DNA of 64,000 nucleotides, taken from Balanoglossus misakiensis. Its lineage: Eukaryota > Animalia > Hemichordata. Each line of letters begins with the position of its first letter. The first letter of the stretch is position 1. Shown here piece by piece: positions 23,835-35,109 of the stretch. The position numbers and the translations under genes are program-made. Location of the stretch: contig CM082580.2 in the NCBI GenBank assembly GCA_040954595.2, positions 3,400,783-3,464,782 on the forward strand, in the 5' to 3' direction. The notes under the pieces are model-generated. The model made no database searches and was not told the DNA's origin. It saw nothing but the letters and a program-made list of their open reading frames with translations.

Positions 23835-26800
23835 TATCGGAGATGCAAAAACTCTGACCATGAGTCATTTTGAGGATCACAGCTCGGATATTTTGAGCCA
23901 ATCAGAGCTGAGTATTTTAGCCCAATCAGAGGCCTAGTTAATCACCCAATGACATATCTTTCCCACCAAAACAAAATTTGCTACTTTTTGGCTGGCGTTT
24001 TGTGCTTGTGTAATCTCTTCTTGAGTGACCTTCAATAAAGCTGTTTAAAGGTTGTACAGCTGCGTCCCGCTCCTGTAATTTCCCCTGCCATCCCCCAGAA
24101 CCTTGTTCATAAATCCACCCCAGACGTAAAGTACGTCACATTTTTGGTGCCGAGACCAGGATTTACCGGTAATGATGGCAGAACCAGAGGAACAGGAGCA
24201 CCCAGCACCCGCTCAGGCGGTCCCAGGAACAAACTCGCTCAACAGGCTGAAAGGTACACGAAGGGGTCACCGTGGATCCATGACAAGACTTCTCAACAAA
24301 GCAGAGGATATCATCTCATCATTTGAAGAGAACGATGACAAGATCGAAGCTCTCGATACCCTCATCACCACGCGCGAACTGATAAACGCGAAATACGACA
24401 TTCTCGCATCCCTAGACTTGAAGATCATCGAATCCGTTGACGAAGGCGACCTCGAAGGCGTGATCGAGGAAACCGACGACTACTTGCATCAAGTTTTCGA
24501 TAGAAAGCTCAAGATCGGCCGATTCATCGACAGAAATTCGCGAGCGACATCGCCCGACCGATCTTCCCACGAAGAAATCACTTCCGCGGCACCCTCCACT
24601 CAAAGGAAAACTACAAGTTTGCCGAAACTTCAGCTACCCGTCTTTTCGGGTGACATTCTCAAATGGGTCAGTTTCCACGACGCGTTCAAATCCGCTGTCC
24701 ACGACGACAAGAATCTGGGTGACGTCCAGAAATTCCAATACTTACGCGCACAGCTTCAAGGCGAAGCCGCTCGATCGATCGAAGGTCTGTCATTGACAAG
24801 TTCGAACTACGCACACGCGCTTCAACTTCTCACCGAACGTTATGGCAAAACACACAAGATTATAAGCGCCTACATGAAATCGCTGTGGGACATGCCGAGT
24901 CCAGAAGGCGAACTCAGCAGTCTACGAAACTTCTACGACACTCTGGAGAGTAATATTCGCGGTCTCCAATCCCTCGGTAAAAACGAAGACGCGTACGGAG
25001 ATCTACTAGTACCCATAGTCTTGGAAAAACTTCCCGGTAACACTCGCAAACAAATCGCACGAGAACACGGTAATGATGAATGGAAACTCGGCGACCTACG
25101 AAAGGCAATTCTCAAAGAAATCGACGCTCTTCAAGCTGGCCTCTCCACCGCTGAATCCGACAGCGATTCTACATACGACGAATGCAAGCCGTCGATGACC
25201 GCCGCGTTTCACACTAGATCCGCAACCCGTTTCGCAAGGGTCAATAGACCGAAATCGTGTGCGTTTTGCAAAGGGCAACATTTTGCCAATGAATGCACAA
25301 CCATTACCGATAAGAAGAAACGTCTTGACATCGTCAAACGCGACAAACTCTGTTTTAACTGCCTCGGCAGGCATCGAGTACACGATTGCAAATCGAGATT
25401 CAGTTGCCGTTCATGCAACAGAAAGCATCATACCTCGCTTCATACTGATCGAGCTTCAGACAGTTCGAAAACCCCGACGGAAGACGCGCGCACTCCTTCC
25501 GCTACACACGTTCAGTTCGCCCGTACTGAGAACTCGAGTCGCGAGAAAGCGAGAAACGGACCAATTCTCCTGAAAACCGCGGTCGTTCCAGTCTCTACGA
25601 AATTTCAAACGACAATTGACGCCACAGTGTTATTCGACGAAGGCGCGACGCGTTCATTCGTGACCCAAGATTTCGCGACAAGACTCGGTTTAGAACCGAC
25701 CGGTACCGAGGTCATTAGACTGACTTCCTTCGGTGACAAATATCCGCGACAAAGATCGATCAATGCAGCGACCATTGCATTGCACACGCTTTCCGGCGAA
25801 AAGAAAGAGATAAACGTTCTCATCATTCCGCAGATTTCGACGCGAATGAAAAACTTTGTCAAGCAATCAGTTGCTGACTTGCCTCACCTACGCGGACTAA
25901 ACTTTGCTTACCCGGTATCGAACACCGATTCGTTCGAGATTTCCGTGTTAATAGGCGCGGACTACTACTGGGATTTTGTCGAAGATCGAGTTATTCGTGG
26001 CCCAGGCCCAACCGCTGTACGCTCGAAATTCGGTTACCTACTGTCCGGTCCCGTTCACAAGACAAATTCGTCTGATAGCGATGCGACGATTTTTCATGTT
26101 CTCTCAAACACGCACGACGAAGAGATTCAACTCCAAAATTATTGGAACCTCGAGACAATCGGTATTCAAGACGATTCGCAATCTGCTGCTATGGATAACA
26201 ATACCTTTGAAGATTACAGAGACACACATTTGCGCATCGAAAATGGCACATATATCGCGAAGTTGCCATGGAAGTCCAACCACCCGCCACTACCCACTAA
26301 CTACGGGGTCACTGATAATCGCGCGCGTTCTATGGCGCGTAGGCTTTCACCGGACATTCTGAAAGCGTATGACAAAATCATTTCTGATCAGGAATCGCGA
26401 GATTTCATCGAAGAAGTACCAGGCGACATGGACACGCGCCGCACCGGTCACTACTTGCCCCATCGCCCCGTGAAAAAAGATTCAGCCACCACGCCAATCA
26501 GAATCGTGTATGATTGTAGTTGCAGGCAATCTACCGACACACCGAGTTTGAATGACTGCCTGCAAACCGGCCCGCCTCTGCTCAACGACCTCACACAAAT
26601 TCTACTTCGGTTTCGCGCAAACCGCTTTGCCTTTACGAGTGACATAGAAAAGGCTTTTCTGCATGTTCGACTTGACGAAAGCGATCGTCAATTCACGAAG
26701 TTTTTGTGGTTGTCTGATCCGACAGACCCGGAAAGCGACTTCAAAACATATCGCTTCAAAGTAGTTCTATTCGGCGCAGTTTGCTCGCCATTCATTTTAA

Positions 26801-29800
26801 ACGCAGTCGTGAAAACCCATCTCGAGTCCGCTCAATCCACGCCAACTTCCATCGATCTCAAAAATAATATCTACGTTGACAACATACTCAGCGGAGCTGA
26901 TAGCCCGAGCGAAGCAGTTGATTACTACAGAGAGTCAAACCGTCTGTTAGAATCTTGTGGATTCAATCTACGAAGTTGGTCGAGTAACTGTGGAGATGTT
27001 CGCGCACTTGCTGCAAAGGATGATAAACTCGAACGCGCTACTGACGTGAACACACTAGGACTTCGCTGGTTAACCGAAACCGACGAACTCGCCTACGCGA
27101 AGAAGAATCTCCAAATACCGGACAATCTCACTACGAAACGTGAAGTGGTTCGAACCACTGCCAGCTTATACGACCCTCTGGGGTATCTTTCGCCAGTTCT
27201 CATTAAGGCGAAACTGTTCATACAGCAACTGTGGATAAAAGGTCTCGCCTGGGACGAACCGCTAGAAAACGAACTCCATAAACAGTGGACAGACATCGCA
27301 AGAGAAATACGCGAAACGACCACGTTGAAACTCAATCGCCGATATTTTGACAACTCGCCTGTCAATCAAAACTATGAGCTCCACGTGTTCGCCGACTCCA
27401 GCATGAAGGCCTATGGAGCCGTCGCCTACTTACGACATGCCAATCAAACCGCGCTTGTCATGGCAAAGAATCGCGTGGCACCTCTCAAAGAGTTCACTCT
27501 CCCGCGCCTCGAACTGATGGCCGCCTTGATCGGTGCAAGGCTGTTGCAATTCGTCTCAAACTCCCTACAAGGCAAAATTCGCATCACAGAGAAAATTCTG
27601 TGGTCTGATAGTCAAATAGTCCTACATTGGTTGAACAGCGACAAGAAACTTCCGATCTTCGTTGCCAATCGTGTAAGAGAAATAAACGCGAAATACTGTC
27701 CCACGGGGGACAATCCGGCAGATTTGCTGACCCGCGGGATTTCTATCGCTAATCTACGTGAGTCTGGCCTTTGGTGCAACGGCCCAACTTGGCTGAAACA
27801 AGGCGACTGGCCTATAAGCGAAGTGTTCGACAGCGCGATTCACCACGCACCGGTATCGACGGTGAATGAATCGGAACTTCTCCCCGCGAGTAACCCCCTC
27901 GAGACGAGACTTCAAGATGAAAAACTCGCGGACTGTTTGACCGCTAAACCCCAGACAACCGGAATACAACAAGTGATTGACGCGAATCGGTTCAGCACGT
28001 TGAACAAACTTCTCCGTGTCACCGCACAAGTGCTACGATTCGTTTCGAACATAAAACGGAACAGCACTCGGAAATTCGGTCCCCTTACAGCTGAGGAAAT
28101 ACAACATGCCGAAAACACATGGATCAAGGACACCCAACAACAGACTTTCGGCGAAACAGGACAACGAGCCGCTCTGACGAAGCCGCTGAAACTTTTCACC
28201 GATGACAGAGACATCACAAGATGTGATAGCAGACTACATAACGCGCCAATTGGCTTTGACGCCAAATTCCCAATTCTGCTACCGCGAAACCATCGATTCA
28301 CGGAACTCGTCATTCGCGACGCGCATTCGCGTTTACTTCACGCCGGAGTACAATCGACTGTAGCTCATTTACGGCAGAAATTCTGGATACCGAGAATACG
28401 CCGTACCGTGAGAGCTCTACTGAGTAAGTGTGTCACATGCCGCAAAATCAACGGGCACGCCTACAGCTACCCAAGACAAGCACCGCTACAAGCAGATCGT
28501 GTGAAAACAGCCCCGCCTTTCAACGTAACCGGAGTTGACTTCACCGGAGCGTTGTACATCAAATCGCCCAAACCTGTACGAGAGAAAAAGGTGTATGTCT
28601 GCCTGTTCACCTGCGCTGTTACACGCGCCGTGCATTTGGAACTTGTTGACGACTTGTCCGCGAATAGCTTTCTACAAGCATTCCGCCGTTTCGCTGCAAG
28701 ACGCTCGCTACCGAGCAAAATGATATCAGATAACGCGTCTAACTTCGTGTCCGCGGCCGCCGAACTACGCCGTTTATTCGACGCGCCCGAAGTGAAGGCT
28801 CATCTCGCCAACAGACGCTGCCAGTGGAACTTCATCCCGAAACGAGCCCCTTGGTTCGGGGGATTCTGGGAACGGCTAATCGGAATAACTAAGACCACAA
28901 TAAAGAAGGTCTTAGGACGCGCCTACGTGACATTCAATGAACTGTATACCTTGCTGACCGAAGTTGAGGCCGTAATAAACGACCGACCGATCACATATGT
29001 TTCTTCGGATGCTGAAGACGCCGTGCCGTTGACGCCCGCTCATTTATTACACGGACGCCCCTTGACAACGGTACCATATCTCACCGTCGAAGACGATGAA
29101 CTCACCGACCCGACCTACGGTAACCATAGCGATCTAAACAAGCGCTACACTCTGATGACTACGCTCCAGACGCGATTTTGGCGACGATGGGTATCGGAAT
29201 ATTTGCCCGCGCTACGTGAAAACCGCTCGCCAATAGGGAGTCCCGGCAACAAGATACAGGTTGGGGACGTGGTCCTTGTACATGAAGACATCAAACGACG
29301 CCTGGAATGGACCTTGGCTACGGTGGAACGATTGAACTACGGACGCGACAACCTAGTCCGATCAGCGGAAATCAGAACCGCCAAGGGACACACCACAAGG
29401 CCAGTGAGCAAACTCTTCCCGCTGGAAGTGAACTCGCGCTCCGTATCGACATGAAGAGGACATTGACATTGTCTGTGTTTCAATGACAATCGAACAGTGG
29501 ACAATCTGATTTTTCTAGTTTGCATGTATTTCAGGATTTTCTAGTTTATTCTTGATTTCTTGTTCACTTTTGCGGCCCGGGAGAATATCGGAGATGCAAA
29601 AACTCTGACCATGAGTCATTTTGAGGATCACAGCTCGGATATTTTGAGCCAATCAGAGCTGAGTATTTTAGCCCAATCAGAGGCCTAGTTAATCACCCAA
29701 TGACATATCTTTCCCACCAAAACAAAATTTGCTACTTTTTGGCTGGCGTTTTGTGCTTGTGTAATCTCTTCTTGAGTGACCTTCAATAAAGCTGTTTAAA

Positions 29801-29891
29801 GGTTGTACAGCTGCGTCCCGCTCCTGTAATTTCCCCTGCCATCCCCCAGAACCTTGTTCATAAATCCACCCCAGACGTAAAGTACGTCACA
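23835..29891 (+). mobile_element. Full-length BEL/Pao LTR retrotransposon
   Basis: 306-bp LTRs at 23835-24140 and 29586-29891, identical by eye. 5-bp TSD TGGGT (23830-34, 29892-96). PBS TGGTGCCGAGACCAGGATT at 24145 (tRNA-His-like, about 1 mismatch to the sequence I recall). Purine-rich GGGAGAA before the 3' LTR. Confidence 0.97.
24172..29454 (+). CDS. BEL/Pao Gag-Pol polyprotein (1760 aa, uninterrupted)
   Basis: DUF1759-like gag (LPKLQLPVFSGD), three Cys/His knuckles, protease LFDEGA, RT (DIEKAF, YVDN), Pao RNase H (FADSS), integrase HHCC + GVDF/SDNA/WER, and a C-terminal DUF5641-like region. Confidence 0.96.
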   Translation: MMAEPEEQEHPAPAQAVPGTNSLNRLKGTRRGHRGSMTRLLNKAEDIISSFEENDDKIEALDTLITTRELINAKYDILASLDLKIIESVDEGDLEGVIEETDDYLHQVFDRKLKIGRFIDRNSRATSPDRSSHEEITSAAPSTQRKTTSLPKLQLPVFSGDILKWVSFHDAFKSAVHDDKNLGDVQKFQYLRAQLQGEAARSIEGLSLTSSNYAHALQLLTERYGKTHKIISAYMKSLWDMPSPEGELSSLRNFYDTLESNIRGLQSLGKNEDAYGDLLVPIVLEKLPGNTRKQIAREHGNDEWKLGDLRKAILKEIDALQAGLSTAESDSDSTYDECKPSMTAAFHTRSATRFARVNRPKSCAFCKGQHFANECTTITDKKKRLDIVKRDKLCFNCLGRHRVHDCKSRFSCRSCNRKHHTSLHTDRASDSSKTPTEDARTPSATHVQFARTENSSREKARNGPILLKTAVVPVSTKFQTTIDATVLFDEGATRSFVTQDFATRLGLEPTGTEVIRLTSFGDKYPRQRSINAATIALHTLSGEKKEINVLIIPQISTRMKNFVKQSVADLPHLRGLNFAYPVSNTDSFEISVLIGADYYWDFVEDRVIRGPGPTAVRSKFGYLLSGPVHKTNSSDSDATIFHVLSNTHDEEIQLQNYWNLETIGIQDDSQSAAMDNNTFEDYRDTHLRIENGTYIAKLPWKSNHPPLPTNYGVTDNRARSMARRLSPDILKAYDKIISDQESRDFIEEVPGDMDTRRTGHYLPHRPVKKDSATTPIRIVYDCSCRQSTDTPSLNDCLQTGPPLLNDLTQILLRFRANRFAFTSDIEKAFLHVRLDESDRQFTKFLWLSDPTDPESDFKTYRFKVVLFGAVCSPFILNAVVKTHLESAQSTPTSIDLKNNIYVDNILSGADSPSEAVDYYRESNRLLESCGFNLRSWSSNCGDVRALAAKDDKLERATDVNTLGLRWLTETDELAYAKKNLQIPDNLTTKREVVRTTASLYDPLGYLSPVLIKAKLFIQQLWIKGLAWDEPLENELHKQWTDIAREIRETTTLKLNRRYFDNSPVNQNYELHVFADSSMKAYGAVAYLRHANQTALVMAKNRVAPLKEFTLPRLELMAALIGARLLQFVSNSLQGKIRITEKILWSDSQIVLHWLNSDKKLPIFVANRVREINAKYCPTGDNPADLLTRGISIANLRESGLWCNGPTWLKQGDWPISEVFDSAIHHAPVSTVNESELLPASNPLETRLQDEKLADCLTAKPQTTGIQQVIDANRFSTLNKLLRVTAQVLRFVSNIKRNSTRKFGPLTAEEIQHAENTWIKDTQQQTFGETGQRAALTKPLKLFTDDRDITRCDSRLHNAPIGFDAKFPILLPRNHRFTELVIRDAHSRLLHAGVQSTVAHLRQKFWIPRIRRTVRALLSKCVTCRKINGHAYSYPRQAPLQADRVKTAPPFNVTGVDFTGALYIKSPKPVREKKVYVCLFTCAVTRAVHLELVDDLSANSFLQAFRRFAARRSLPSKMISDNASNFVSAAAELRRLFDAPEVKAHLANRRCQWNFIPKRAPWFGGFWERLIGITKTTIKKVLGRAYVTFNELYTLLTEVEAVINDRPITYVSSDAEDAVPLTPAHLLHGRPLTTVPYLTVEDDELTDPTYGNHSDLNKRYTLMTTLQTRFWRRWVSEYLPALRENRSPIGSPGNKIQVGDVVLVHEDIKRRLEWTLATVERLNYGRDNLVRSAEIRTAKGHTTRPVSKLFPLEVNSRSVST

Positions 29892-29960
29892 TGGGTGTTG
29901 ATATTGTATTTCGTTTTTCGATTTTCGAAAACCGGTTACGTGCACTGAATTGAATGGAAA

Positions 29961-31690
29961 ATGTTGATCCGCATCCGTGTATGCGATGAAATTTTTGAAC
30001 TAAAAACGCCGGTTACAGTGGTTCAACTGAACATGCTGTCGGGAAATGTGTTTGATGCGTCGTCAATGTATTTGGTTGAAGATGTATTGGGCCAAAAAGA
30101 ACGTCGCTTGGGGTGTTTTCCCTCAAAACAGAACAAAATGTAACAATGTAGCAATGGGAATGTACTAGCGGAAGTCGTGCATGGGTCCGCAGTCAATCGA
30201 AGGAAACCATCGTCAACACATGATTCCCAGGCTCCGTTAGTAATTCATCAATGTCTATTTTCATTTCACCCTGTAATCCCATTGGTTAAAACTTTTTCAG
30301 GGCGTAATTGATGAAACAAACTCAGCAAACGTTACTTGGAGATCTCCATCTCAGGAGCGAGAGTAGCTGAAGACTTGACCCCCCCCCCCCCCCCCCCCCT
30401 TGGGTGTTTGTTCAAAGCTTGGGCAATTGTCAGGTTCTGTATAGGCCTGAATACGGCATTACGGGTAAGAATAGGCGAGGAGATATTCGAACTAAAAAAT
30501 CCTGACACAGTTATCCAGTTGAATACTCTGTCGGAGAATATATTTGACGCGGAAAGCATGTATCTGGTAAGAAGAAACCACGGACTTTGGGGTACGCCAA
30601 GTTGTTTGGCAAACTGACGGAGTCTTCAGCATCTCAGAGGGGAACTGGCACAACAAAGTATACGAAGTTAGAGGCGTTAAATGCCAGCCACCAACATTGA
30701 GCAGCAGTCCCACCTGGGGGAGAACCATCGCAGGGCGCCGATGGTACCAACCTAAGGGCATGGTCGGTACCGCGTCTCATCAGCAATCTACCTGACCGGA
30801 ATTCTTTTCCACCTTTCCGCGGGAGCAGTGTTAGTCATTCCCGGGGTCTGGGGATACCACCACCTGGGACGACCATGGAAAAAAAACTCCAATTGAACTG
30901 GTGCGCCGTCAGTCTCACGGCATATCCTGCTGGCATTGTTCGGCCCAAAATCGCGGCTAGTGCAAGGCGACTCACTATATACATAAAAGTCACGGAGGGC
31001 AGATGCCGCCCCAGTGAAGTGAGAGTTTTGGTTGCTGGAGAAACTGGCGAAGACGAGGAAAATCTGGTTCTAGTGGACAGTTCTGGCAACGAAATAAAGG
31101 ACTCAGAAGTAACCGCAGGTAAATTATTGTATACTTTTCAATTGTTCCCTTAGTCATAGCCCCCATGTGCTGCAGTTCTGTCGCCCACAACTTTCCTCGA
31201 TGGTGTGTGTGGACGGAGTGGGGTATATATCCGACCCATAGGAGACGGCGTCGACACAGTTGATTTGGCTATCGCTCCGTTTTCGATGCGGAGTGACTGT
31301 CGACGATGTTTATCAACTTAGACCAACATTTTACTTGCTGGACCGGGCTCGGAACTCATTCCGTACCTACTTGGCAAACGATGCCCCGATGTTCGTTAGT
31401 TTCGCTGATAAAACTCTCGTATATTGAATGAATATGTGCTAGTATCCACTGTGTGACGATGGAGATTAATTAAAACTTATTCTACAAATGTAAAATCTTT
31501 AACATTTGTGTTGCCGTATTCGCAGAAATTTCATTTTTGGAGAGGTAATAGAAAAATATACGCAGTCAACAAACAGGAGTATCTAGCCCAGAAGAATTCC
31601 AAGAAGGGAAAGCCATCTGGAGAAAAGAGACGCGCCGACAATGATATCTTTGAGGCTATAGCTGACATAAAAAAACAACTGAGAGAGGTA
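29961..31690 (+). pseudogene. Degenerate spliced orphan gene, probably TE-associated, with a duplicated N-terminal module
   Basis: IRVCDEIFELKTPVTVVQLNMLSGNVFDASSMYLV (~29970) and VRIGEEIFELKNPDTVIQLNTLSENIFDAESMYLV (~30465) are paralogous. Later come LVLVDSSGNEIKDSEVTAG| (donor 31119) and FWRGNRKIYAV (acceptor 31525). Frames are broken. Confidence 0.45.
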
Positions 31691-32160
31691 ATGTAACAGT
31701 AATAACACGGGGTTGTCTTTTGTTAAAATTCAAAAATGAAAGCGGTAAAGAATCTATACTTTTGACAATTTGATATGCACACAGTCGTAAGGTCAGGGAA
31801 GAAAAACTTCATCTGATTTTGGGGTCAAGTTTCAGAAGCAACGAGCGAAATATTTTAAATATTTATTTTCAAACCAGCAAAATGTAGCTCTAGTTACAAC
31901 GGTACTGATAACCTGGTGAAGATTTTGTAGCTCTTCTCAATAACAGAGTGAATTGTGAAGCAAGACAAACGTGCAATAGACGACACATTTGTTTCAAACT
32001 GATGCGAGTATTTATCGAACAGGTAATGCACATGAAGTCTGTGAAATTTGAGGTTGGCGGTAATTGTCCCTTAGAAAAAGCTCACAATTATGGCAAATAT
32101 TGATATCTCCACTTTCATTGAAGTCTAGCTATGAAATACAGTTCGATTTTTAATATTCAT

Positions 32161-32708
32161 CATCGTCGCAAACCACGGCCCTTTTACGGCAGCGCTCTGC
32201 TCCCCCCAAAAAGGCCGTGGTATAATACGGCCATGTATTCAGTATTTGGTCTAGGCACTTTCATAGTACATCCAACAACCAATCAGATTGCTTGTTACAT
32301 CCCATTCACGCATCTCATTCTAAACAACAGTGACAGTGACAGTGCTCTGAGTCTGAGTGAGAGCGAAGAATGTGCAGTTTGCGACGCCTTCGGAATCGAT
32401 TCACTTTATCTGCACCAGAAGAATGTAATATCTGACTTATTAAAAGGGCACGACGTATTTATGAGTACCAGAACAAGCAGCGGAAAGTCGATGTGCTACC
32501 AGTCGCTAACCACGATCTTTCGGCAAAGAAACGTAGCAGCAGTCGTGCTGGTCATTTCACCTCTTAGATTGGCCAGATTATAATGATGTCATCTCATGAA
32601 TATGCATTACCAATATGTTCAAATACCAGCGCGGTACTCCATTTTAACCAGAGTACGTGATTTCGATAGTGAAACGAAAGAAATCCGTAGTCTGGTGGGG
32701 CGAGAATG
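32161..32708 (+). mobile_element. 548-bp deleted AcademH-like element carrying a RecQ-type helicase fragment
   Basis: Termini CATCGTCGCAAACCAC / GTCTGGTGGGGCGAGAATG form an imperfect IR, with 8-bp TSD ATATTCAT (32153-60, 32709-16). A paralogous empty site is at ~39140. Encodes HQKNVISDLLKGHDVF..TSSGKSMCYQ..VLVISPL (SF2 motifs Q, I, Ia). Confidence 0.75.
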
Positions 32709-32825
32709 ATATTCATGTGCCATCCTGGTAATCAGTCAGCAATGTTTGTTTATAGTGGTCGACAAATTCGTGAATGGGAAATGAGATATGCGGCGTTAAG
32801 AACACCGGAGCAGAGAGCACTGGTA

Positions 32826-33140
32826 CAACCACTGGCACCACAACTAGCGACACCACCGCCATCATCACAGCCACAACCACTACCACCACCAGATGAACCT
32901 CCTGCTGCCGATGAGCCCTTGGACCATCACAGGGAGCCAAATCCTGATGATGACGATGTGAGGGCATCCCTGCACCAGAGGACCCCAAAGAGAGACCACT
33001 GCAGGGCAGAAGACGGCTGTTCCATTTAATGCTAGAGGCCCATGAATTGTCTGTGGAATTTTTGAGAAACAGTCTACCTGACATAATGGCGAATGTAAAT
33101 CGCACACTAGATTGCCTCAACTACCATTTAGATAGATTGA
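32826..33140 (+). repeat. Pro-rich orphan coding module, three copies (also 39265-39593 and 46408-46730)
   Basis: The PPPDEP.AADEPLDHHREPNPDDDD...HELYVEFL..SL..TMANLNHTLDRLNDHLDRL sequence is shared by all three loci. Confidence 0.85.
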
Positions 33141-33979
33141 CAAATTGAAAATGGGGGAAAACTTGAAAAGACCATTAAAAAAGAGCTCCTTTTCCATTTC
33201 CGAAGACTGACAAACACAAGTTCTGCAATGAACTTCTCCAGCCCCTGTTTATGGTAACTTACTCGTGTCTGCAATCAAAATTTGCATCATACTTCCGTTA
33301 TGAAAGAAAGATGAGGTGGCAACACAGATGTTCTTTGGAGGACACAGGAAAGCATCTTGACAATATGCTAAGTTCTGAAAGTGGGGGAAGAAATCTATCA
33401 AGGTTCATGGGTGAGCATGGTGCCTTTACAGAAACAGATCTCCCCGTGTGCAGACAGGGAATAGGTGACATACTGTAGAAGCACTGAAGGATAGTGTGTT
33501 GAGAGAGGAAGAAAGGCTACATATACAGATCGAAGGGATAGAATTTTAGATGAAAGTGGTGTAAGTCAAGAGATGGGCACAGAAAGAACAGGCTGCCTAT
33601 AATGAAAGTGCGACGAAGGATGAAAGAATGTGAAGAGAGGCTGAGACAAAATACATCAAGAGTGGCCAATGTAAAACTTCGCCTGGAAAAGAGAAGAAAA
33701 AAGGAAAACAAACACCATCTCCGCACACGAAAACTAGCAAGATTAGAATCATCCAAGCTAAACATAGCTGAAATCCTAGGGTCAACAGTTGTCTGTGGGG
33801 AATATGAACCAGCTATGACTGGCTGTCCCCAACTTGACAGTGACTCCATTGATAAAGATGGTTTGTGGTCTTTGCAAAAAAACAACGTAGTGTTAAACGT
33901 AGCGAATGGAATTACCCACAATTCTCATTCATTAATGGCGTTACAAATTGACACAAGGACATGCACCAAGAAGAATCAA

Positions 33980-34095
33980 TGATGGAGCTCAACCACACTG
34001 ATTTCCTTCGCCAAAAGAATATCACAGGCAGATGTATTTTGAGGAGTTGGATCTTGTTGTAGGGGAAATGGACAGACGATTCAATCAGGAACCAA
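33980..34095 (+). pseudogene. hAT (ZMYM1-like) transposase fragment
   Basis: YFEELDLVVGEMDRRFNQ matches the Y..LD....E...RF motif found upstream of the hAT dimerisation region. Confidence 0.45.
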
Positions 34096-34188
34096 AGGGT
34101 GACATATATATTTATTGGAAAGTAATAGAAGCCAATCATAGATTTTCATCTTCTATTTTGATTCTAAAATACTTAGACATCTTCACTG

Positions 34189-34927
34189 TGTTACGTAGGA
34201 GAAGTTTGCTGTTGTTTTGTGACCAGGTGTGTTTTCGCTTACTTTCGTAATTTGAATATTTGCGTGACCAGGTGTGTTTTCGCTTACTTTCGTAATTTGA
34301 ATATTTGCGTGACCAGGTGTGTTGCGCTTACTTTCGTAATTTGAATATTTGCGTGACCAGGTGTGGTGCATTCATTATTTTCCCCATATAAAAAGCCCGC
34401 ACGTTGTGTTGCGGCGTAGCTACTAATTTGGACTTGCCCGTGTGAGCTGTTCTGTTCCTCGCTGGCTTGGAAGCTGTGCTTTATTTCATGCTGACCTGGT
34501 CTGGAAACCGCGCCCAGAAGCCGTGCTACCTCATGGGGGAATTCGTCCGAAAGCCGTGCCGTCTACCGGGGGAATTGTGCCAGAACGCTACTCGGACTGA
34601 ACGTCGCTGTTGGGACTGCCGTGGTGCTGGTCGTGTTCGTCGTGCGCTACGGAAGCTTGGACTTTAGTTTTTCATTTCCCACACCTGGTCACATTTAAGG
34701 TAGTCATTTATTTTTGTGTGTTTTCTTCCCAGTGTACAATCTTTTTATATTTACCAATGTTTAGTTGTAATTAAAAGTTTCCATAAGCAAGGAAATAACG
34801 TGTGGTGTGCCTATTGTTGACCGTCTTTGTTGCGTGCTGCGCTGGTTGGTTCACCAAAGCGAGCCATTCAGTAAGTCTATTTGCTCACTGCCCTGTTTCG
34901 GAACTGAACGGCCAGCGTGCCGTAATT
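34189..34927 (+). mobile_element. Solo LTR (Gypsy-like) with 45-bp tandem repeats
   Basis: TGTTACG...CGTAATT termini with 4-bp TSD ACTG (34185-88, 34928-31). Three-plus copies of a 44-45-bp unit from 34219, TATATAAAA at ~34387, and ATTAAA at ~34770. Confidence 0.7.
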
Positions 34928-35109
34928 ACTGTTTTCTGAAATAACTTAACCTGCGACGAAAAAAAAATCGATGACATCATTAGTGTTGTTCAGTACGAGT
35001 TATCCATGGGATAGGAAGGTGGTGGTCGCAGCATTTGGTGAGAGGTTCAGAAGCAATGTTTGATGTACAACCTGTCCGTCGTACATATGTGGTAGAAAGG
35101 CACATTAGG

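Noticed and set aside
18761-29525. Minus-strand ORFs overlapping the Academ and BEL coding regions
   Set aside because: Antisense shadows of real + strand ORFs with no recognisable motifs.
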